DNA from: Cytophagales bacterium
Lineage (GTDB): Bacteria > Bacteroidota > Bacteroidia > Cytophagales > Thermoflexibacteraceae
Length of the DNA: 64,000 bases
Assembly: GCA_038209965.1 (NCBI GenBank)
Contig: JBBQXF010000003.1
Span: forward strand, 25,420-89,419
Direction of reading: 5' to 3'
Both the position numbers and the translations under genes were made by a program. The notes below the pieces were generated by a model, which saw nothing but the letters and a program-made list of their open reading frames with translations, was not told the origin of the DNA and ran no database searches. Of the stretch, positions 59,621 through 64,000 are shown in pieces. Every line of letters starts with the position of its first letter. Positions within the stretch are counted from its first letter, which is position 1.

Positions 59621-60391
59621 TTATTCATACAACTCATCATTGGGCGTGGCTTCCAGTTCCACCAAAAAGTCGGCTATTTCGCGACAACAATCGGTCAAGT
59701 ATTTAGCTGCTTTTTCGGCAGTTGCTTGGGCCGGGTTGCCCACACCAGTATCGGCAGTCACTTGGGTCCAGGCTCGCTGGGCCGTTACCCAACCGTCGCG
59801 GAGGCCCTTGATCCGGAATTTTTTGGCATACCCATCGCCCCATTCGCTTTTGGGCAATACCAGATCCGGGGCAATGTGCAAGATCGCGCTGGTTTCCATC
59901 TCGCCAGCGTGGTCGCCCGGTTCGTCGAAGTAGTGGTTCCAATTGACCGCCCGGAACCAATTGACCGCCGAGACAAACACGTCAGGAAAGGAAACCGATA
60001 GTTCCCGGATCATTTGTTTAAATTCATTGCCACCGTGCCCATTTAAAATCACCAATTTGTGGATCTGTTGGCGGTTAAGCACATCGATCAAGTCTTTGAG
60101 CAGGGCAAGCTGGGTGGAGGGGTTCATGTTGAGGCAGAGCTTTACATCGAGCTGGCCAGTGTTGACCCCAAAGGGCACAGTGGGCAACACTATCACCTTG
60201 GCCCCAGCCTCCCACGCCAATCGGGCAGCCTCGGCGGCAACATAATCGCACTGGATGGTGTCCACGGCGTAGGGCAAGTGGTAGTTGTGGGCTTCGGTGG
60301 CCCCCCAAGGGAGGATCGCCACTTTGTAGTCAGTTTCTTTGACCGTTTTCCAATTGGTTTCGGCGAGCAAATAGGGTCTAGGTTCGGGCAT
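59621..60391 (-). CDS. Creatininase-family amidohydrolase.
   Basis: …AILPWGATEAHNYHLPYAVDTI… …LNGHGGN…, the creatinine amidohydrolase fold. Confidence 0.8.
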   Translation of the reverse strand: MPEPRPYLLAETNWKTVKETDYKVAILPWGATEAHNYHLPYAVDTIQCDYVAAEAARLAWEAGAKVIVLPTVPFGVNTGQLDVKLCLNMNPSTQLALLKDLIDVLNRQQIHKLVILNGHGGNEFKQMIRELSVSFPDVFVSAVNWFRAVNWNHYFDEPGDHAGEMETSAILHIAPDLVLPKSEWGDGYAKKFRIKGLRDGWVTAQRAWTQVTADTGVGNPAQATAEKAAKYLTDCCREIADFLVELEATPNDELYE

Positions 60392-60429
60392 TGCTTTTTT
60401 GCGCTAAATTTACACAAAAAACGGGTTTG

Positions 60430-61026
60430 AACATTGGAACCATTTTATTGGCCGCTGGGGCCTCGCGTCGCTTGGGGCAGCCCAAACAGCTCCTCGCCAT
60501 CGCCGGCCAGTCGCTTTTGCGCCGGAGTGCGGAGGTCGCTTTGGGAATTGGCCCGGGGGCAGCCGTGGTGGTGCTGGGTTCCCACCATGACCTGATCGCG
60601 CCCGAGCTGGCTAGGCTGCCGTTGCAAACGGTGGTCAATCCCGAGTGGGCCACTGGCATGGCCTCCTCGCTCCAGGTGGGATTGGCGGCGGTGCTGGCGC
60701 AGCAACCGAGTACCGAAGCTGTTTTGGTCCTGCTGTGTGACCAGCCCTTCCTTGGCGCCGAGGTTTTGCGGAACTTGGTGGCTACATTTGGCCAAACTGG
60801 CAGTCCCATCGTTGCCTCGCGCTACGCCAACGGTGTTTTGGGGGTTCCCATCCTATTCTCCCAACAATTGTTCCCCGAGTTGCGCTTGCTCACCGGCGAT
60901 GCGGGGGCCCGCAAGCTGCTCGCCCAATGGCCCGATCTGGTTCAGACGATCGATTTCCCCGAAGGCCTGCTGGATGTGGATACCCCCGAAGATTGGGCCC
61001 AGATCCAAGCGCAATTGAACCGTTAA
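60430..61026 (+). CDS. MobA/MocA-like nucleotidyltransferase (molybdenum cofactor cytidylyl/guanylyltransferase family).
   Basis: ILLAAGASRRLGQPKQLL… LLCDQPFL… motifs. The start is uncertain (ORF track 60391; a non-ATG start near 60430 is plausible). Confidence 0.65.
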   Translation, partial: NIGTILLAAGASRRLGQPKQLLAIAGQSLLRRSAEVALGIGPGAAVVVLGSHHDLIAPELARLPLQTVVNPEWATGMASSLQVGLAAVLAQQPSTEAVLVLLCDQPFLGAEVLRNLVATFGQTGSPIVASRYANGVLGVPILFSQQLFPELRLLTGDAGARKLLAQWPDLVQTIDFPEGLLDVDTPEDWAQIQAQLNR

Positions 61027-61068
61027 CAACCTATATTTGCAACATTGTTGCATTAACTAACCTCACTC

Positions 61069-61524
61069 ATGGGACTCAGAATCCTTTTATTGCTCGGTTT
61101 CACTGGTATTTGCGCGTTTGTTCACCCACTCAAAACTCAGGGCCAGGGCCAAAAACTGGGTTGGGAAGTGCTGGCCAACCTTGGCTGGGAGAAAAAATAC
61201 AACCAAGAGTATAAGCAAGAATTTACCTATCCCAAGTTTCCGCCGTCGATCAAAAGTTGGCAGGGCAAAGAAGTGATTGTCAAAGGCTATTTATTGCCCG
61301 TGGATGTGGGCGGTAAATATGTGGTGCTCTCACGGTTTCCTTTCGAGAGCTGCTTCTTTTGTGGGGGGGCGGGGCCCGAATCAGTGATGCAAGTTTATAT
61401 GAAAAACCCATTCAAGATCCGCCGCAAAATGGTGACCTTCAAGGGCAAACTGCGGCTCAACGACACCAATGTGGACGATCTGATCTATATTTTGGAAGCG
61501 GCCGAGATGATGCCCGATTTGTAG
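61069..61524 (+). CDS. DUF3299-family secreted protein.
   Basis: Signal peptide. …VKGYLLPVD… …FPFESCFFCGG… characteristic of DUF3299. Confidence 0.6.
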   Translation: MGLRILLLLGFTGICAFVHPLKTQGQGQKLGWEVLANLGWEKKYNQEYKQEFTYPKFPPSIKSWQGKEVIVKGYLLPVDVGGKYVVLSRFPFESCFFCGGAGPESVMQVYMKNPFKIRRKMVTFKGKLRLNDTNVDDLIYILEAAEMMPDL

Positions 61525-61746
61525 TGAAGCCCAGTGTTTTGGGAATTGGCGGGGCAAGAAAAGAAAGATGAAATATATTGGTCATCTGTGCAGCACTTCT
61601 CGGCGGGCCAAACCTACTGCAACTTGATTTTTGATTATTTGTATCGGGATCAGTAAATAATCATTTCCAATTAAGTACAAATAAAGTACTACAGTCCATA
61701 CGATTCCGACCCTAAGCAGCCTACGTGATTTTTAAAAATTTTACGA

Positions 61747-62742
61747 TCAGCGGGCATAAATGATCAAGGCAATTCCGGCAACATAGAGCAGCAGCATACT
61801 ATTTAAAAGGGTGGCGGTGCCTGGGGGGGCATCCTTAAATTCTTTCCAGATAAAGATTCCCCATACCGCAGCCACCACTGTTGCCCCCTGGCCTAGGCCG
61901 TAAGATATGGCAGCTCCGGCCTTGCCCGAAGCTATAATGCTGAACGACATACCAATGCACCAGATGACACCGCCCAAAACCCCGGTAAGGTGATTGCGCA
62001 CTCCCCCTTCAAAATATTGGTTGAAATTTACCGGTTCGCCCACAAATGGTTTCTTCATGATGTAAGGGTTGAAAATGAAATTGCTGAGCAAAATACCGAC
62101 CGCAAAAAATACGATGGCGGTATATGGGCTGAGCTTACCGGGCTCGGGAACGGCAAAATCACTAAACATCGCCTTGGCCACGAAACGGTAAAAGAAACCC
62201 ATCAGTAAACCAGCAGCAACCGACAAGATCAACCCTTTGGTGGACGGTGAAGCATTACGGGTTGACATTTTCTTGTACGCCATTGCGTTCAAAATAATCG
62301 CCAATGCAATTAAAGCCACCCCGCCAAACAATAGCGCGGCATTGCCCTGTGGCGCATCAAAATAATTGACCAGCACTCCCAATACCAACGCTATGCCAAT
62401 CCCTACCGGAAATGCCACTGACATGCCGGCAATGGAAATGGCCGCCACCAGTAAAATATTGGCCGCATTGAATATGATACCCCCCAGGACAGCCGAAAAC
62501 AAATGGTCGCTGCTGGCCTGTGCCACATCCGCAATGAAGCCCCGGCCGGCGTTGCCATTGCTGCCCAGGGTAAAGGCAAAGATTAATGTTAGCAGTAAAA
62601 TACCAATGACATAATCCCAATAAAACAATTCAAATCGCCAAGTGCCGGCAGCCAGCTTTTGGGTATTGGCCCAAGAGCCCCAGCAGAGCATGGTGATGAT
62701 GCAGAAGACAACCGCAGTGGAATAGTTTTCTAGTATGAACAT
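61747..62742 (-). CDS. GRP/RhaT-like sugar transporter family membrane protein (10 TM).
   Basis: …MLCWGSWANTQKLAAGTWRFELFY… N-terminal motif typical of GlcU/RbsU-type sugar uptake permeases. 331 aa. Confidence 0.5.
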   Translation of the reverse strand: MFILENYSTAVVFCIITMLCWGSWANTQKLAAGTWRFELFYWDYVIGILLLTLIFAFTLGSNGNAGRGFIADVAQASSDHLFSAVLGGIIFNAANILLVAAISIAGMSVAFPVGIGIALVLGVLVNYFDAPQGNAALLFGGVALIALAIILNAMAYKKMSTRNASPSTKGLILSVAAGLLMGFFYRFVAKAMFSDFAVPEPGKLSPYTAIVFFAVGILLSNFIFNPYIMKKPFVGEPVNFNQYFEGGVRNHLTGVLGGVIWCIGMSFSIIASGKAGAAISYGLGQGATVVAAVWGIFIWKEFKDAPPGTATLLNSMLLLYVAGIALIIYAR

Positions 62743-62826
62743 ATTATGTCGTTTTTTTCTTGTGTTTGGTGCTTCCTGCTGTTTTTTGCGTTGGAACCTT
62801 TGCCTATTACCGGGAATGCGCTGATC

Positions 62827-63624
62827 TTAATCCGGTTTGGGGCCTTTTGAAATAATCAGTCTCGCCAACCCGGGAAACCAGCGCTGCAACCATACCAGCA
62901 CCCTACCGTGGGTAGTAAAAACATAAATTCTCTGCCGTTTCAGTACCGCATTTACCATTACTTTGGCGGCTTTATTGGTAGGCCAAATCAAGTTTTCGGG
63001 ACGTGGATCTAGTCGTTTGGGATGCCACATTCCGTCATTATCAACCCTGGTAATCTCCGAGGCCACAAATCCCGGATGCAATGTAGTGCAACTCACCCCG
63101 CTACCCATCAGCTCAACCTGCAAAGTCAAACCGATGGAGTGTACCGCAGCCTTAGACGCTCCATAAGCTCCAAGACCAGGGTTGGGGAGGTAGGCTCCTA
63201 CACTGCCAACCAAACCTATCCGACCTCTGTTTTGCTTTAAATGTGGCAAGGCATATTTAACCGTTAAGGCCAGCCCAGTGACATTGCCTTGTAGTTGCCT
63301 ATTCCAGTCTTTGGCAGTCAAGCTGTCGATACTTCCAAAAACACCAAAGCCGGCATTTGCCACTGCAACATCTATACGCCCCCAAGTGGTTATGATGTGT
63401 TGAACAGCATTTTCTATTGATGTTTCTTCCATAATATCAACTGGAACTACCAATGCTTCACCACCCGAGTTTTTAATCTCGCAAGCAATCTCTTCTAAAA
63501 GTTCATTACGTCTGGCTGAAAGCACAACTTTATATCCTAGTCTTGCCCATTCAAAGGCCAAAGCTTTGCCAATTCCAGACGAAGCACCAGTGATCCAAAC
63601 TACGTTTTCTTTTATAGTTGTCAT
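62827..63624 (-). CDS. SDR-family oxidoreductase.
   Basis: TGASSGIGKALA, NAG, YGASKAAV motifs. Confidence 0.85.
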   Translation of the reverse strand: MTTIKENVVWITGASSGIGKALAFEWARLGYKVVLSARRNELLEEIACEIKNSGGEALVVPVDIMEETSIENAVQHIITTWGRIDVAVANAGFGVFGSIDSLTAKDWNRQLQGNVTGLALTVKYALPHLKQNRGRIGLVGSVGAYLPNPGLGAYGASKAAVHSIGLTLQVELMGSGVSCTTLHPGFVASEITRVDNDGMWHPKRLDPRPENLIWPTNKAAKVMVNAVLKRQRIYVFTTHGRVLVWLQRWFPGLARLIISKGPKPD

Positions 63625-63766
63625 TTTACGTTTTTTTTAACCGAGTTGATTTTCTTGTTGACGAAACCTAGCTTTCAGACTTCGACGTCACCACCGCAAG
63701 CTTGGAAAAAAGTCTACAATTATCCGCGCAATTTTCATCACTTGTCTGTGGCGTACCAAGTCGAGG

Positions 63767-64000
63767 CTACCAGCGTTCCAGGCCGAGCAGCTTTTCACCA
63801 AGCTCCGACAGCTCAGCGGCTTCATAGCGGGTTTGCTCCCAGTTGCGAGGGTCGCCGGGGAAAGCGTAGCCCGAGGGAGCGATTCGGTTTTTCCAGGAAT
63901 TGATCCGCCAATTGCGTAGTTCCTCGTTATCTTCCTCCGCCGGCATCATGGAGATGTACTGCGCAATGCGTACGTTATTCTTGGAATGGTTCGGGCGTAT
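63767..64000 (-). CDS. Partial hypothetical protein.
   Basis: ORF 63767..63949 with start codon. No recognisable motifs. Confidence 0.25.
   Translation of the reverse strand: MRPNHSKNNVRIAQYISMMPAEEDNEELRNWRINSWKNRIAPSGYAFPGDPRNWEQTRYEAAELSELGEKLLGLERW

Overview
This 64 kb window looks like Bacteroidota (Cytophagia/Sphingobacteriia-type) DNA. The evidence is a T9SS C-terminal sorting domain, a 7TMR-DISM LytS/LytTR pair, a PSD1/DUF1553 protein and a Uma2 endonuclease. The backbone is GC-rich, with at least two low-GC islands (~26.3-31.3 kb and ~49.2-52.5 kb).

It carries plasmid or secondary-replicon hallmarks. An AT-rich region and about 12 copies of a ~20-bp iteron (TGCTACAAAATAGTGCATT-like) lie directly upstream of a Rep_3-type initiator gene. 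There is also an orphan ParA ATPase and a separate ParB/Srx-domain protein.

Other annotatable content:
- RlmI-like rRNA methyltransferase, TauE/SafE exporter, alpha-oxoamine synthase, PhoX/DUF839 phosphatase, cyclophilin.
- OmpA-family protein followed by four low-GC secreted proteins or lipoproteins.
- A duplicated GT2/GT-C glycosylation module.
- A bacterial major vault protein homolog, a giant T9SS beta-helix protein, a penicillin-acylase family protein, and an orphan molybdopterin oxidoreductase large subunit.
- An AAA_21-type ATPase island bounded by an integrase remnant and an IS1 element.
- Creatininase, a MocA-like nucleotidyltransferase, and an SDR.

An unusual number of genes are disrupted:
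- In-frame stops in a TetR gene, a DUF-like gene and a GH43 gene.
- Frameshifts in an SDR, the vault protein, the IS1 transposase and an integrase remnant, and probably in the start region of a repeat lipoprotein.

The most novel-looking candidate is a three-gene minus-strand operon (17.2-19.75 kb). It encodes a membrane-anchored protein with two winged-HTH-like repeats, a beta-grasp ubiquitin/MoaD-like protein ending in Gly-Gly, and a membrane protein with a catalytically dead JAB/MPN domain. No E1 or E2 gene is visible.

The six-frame ORF track translates alternative start codons as M, so many start coordinates are approximate.
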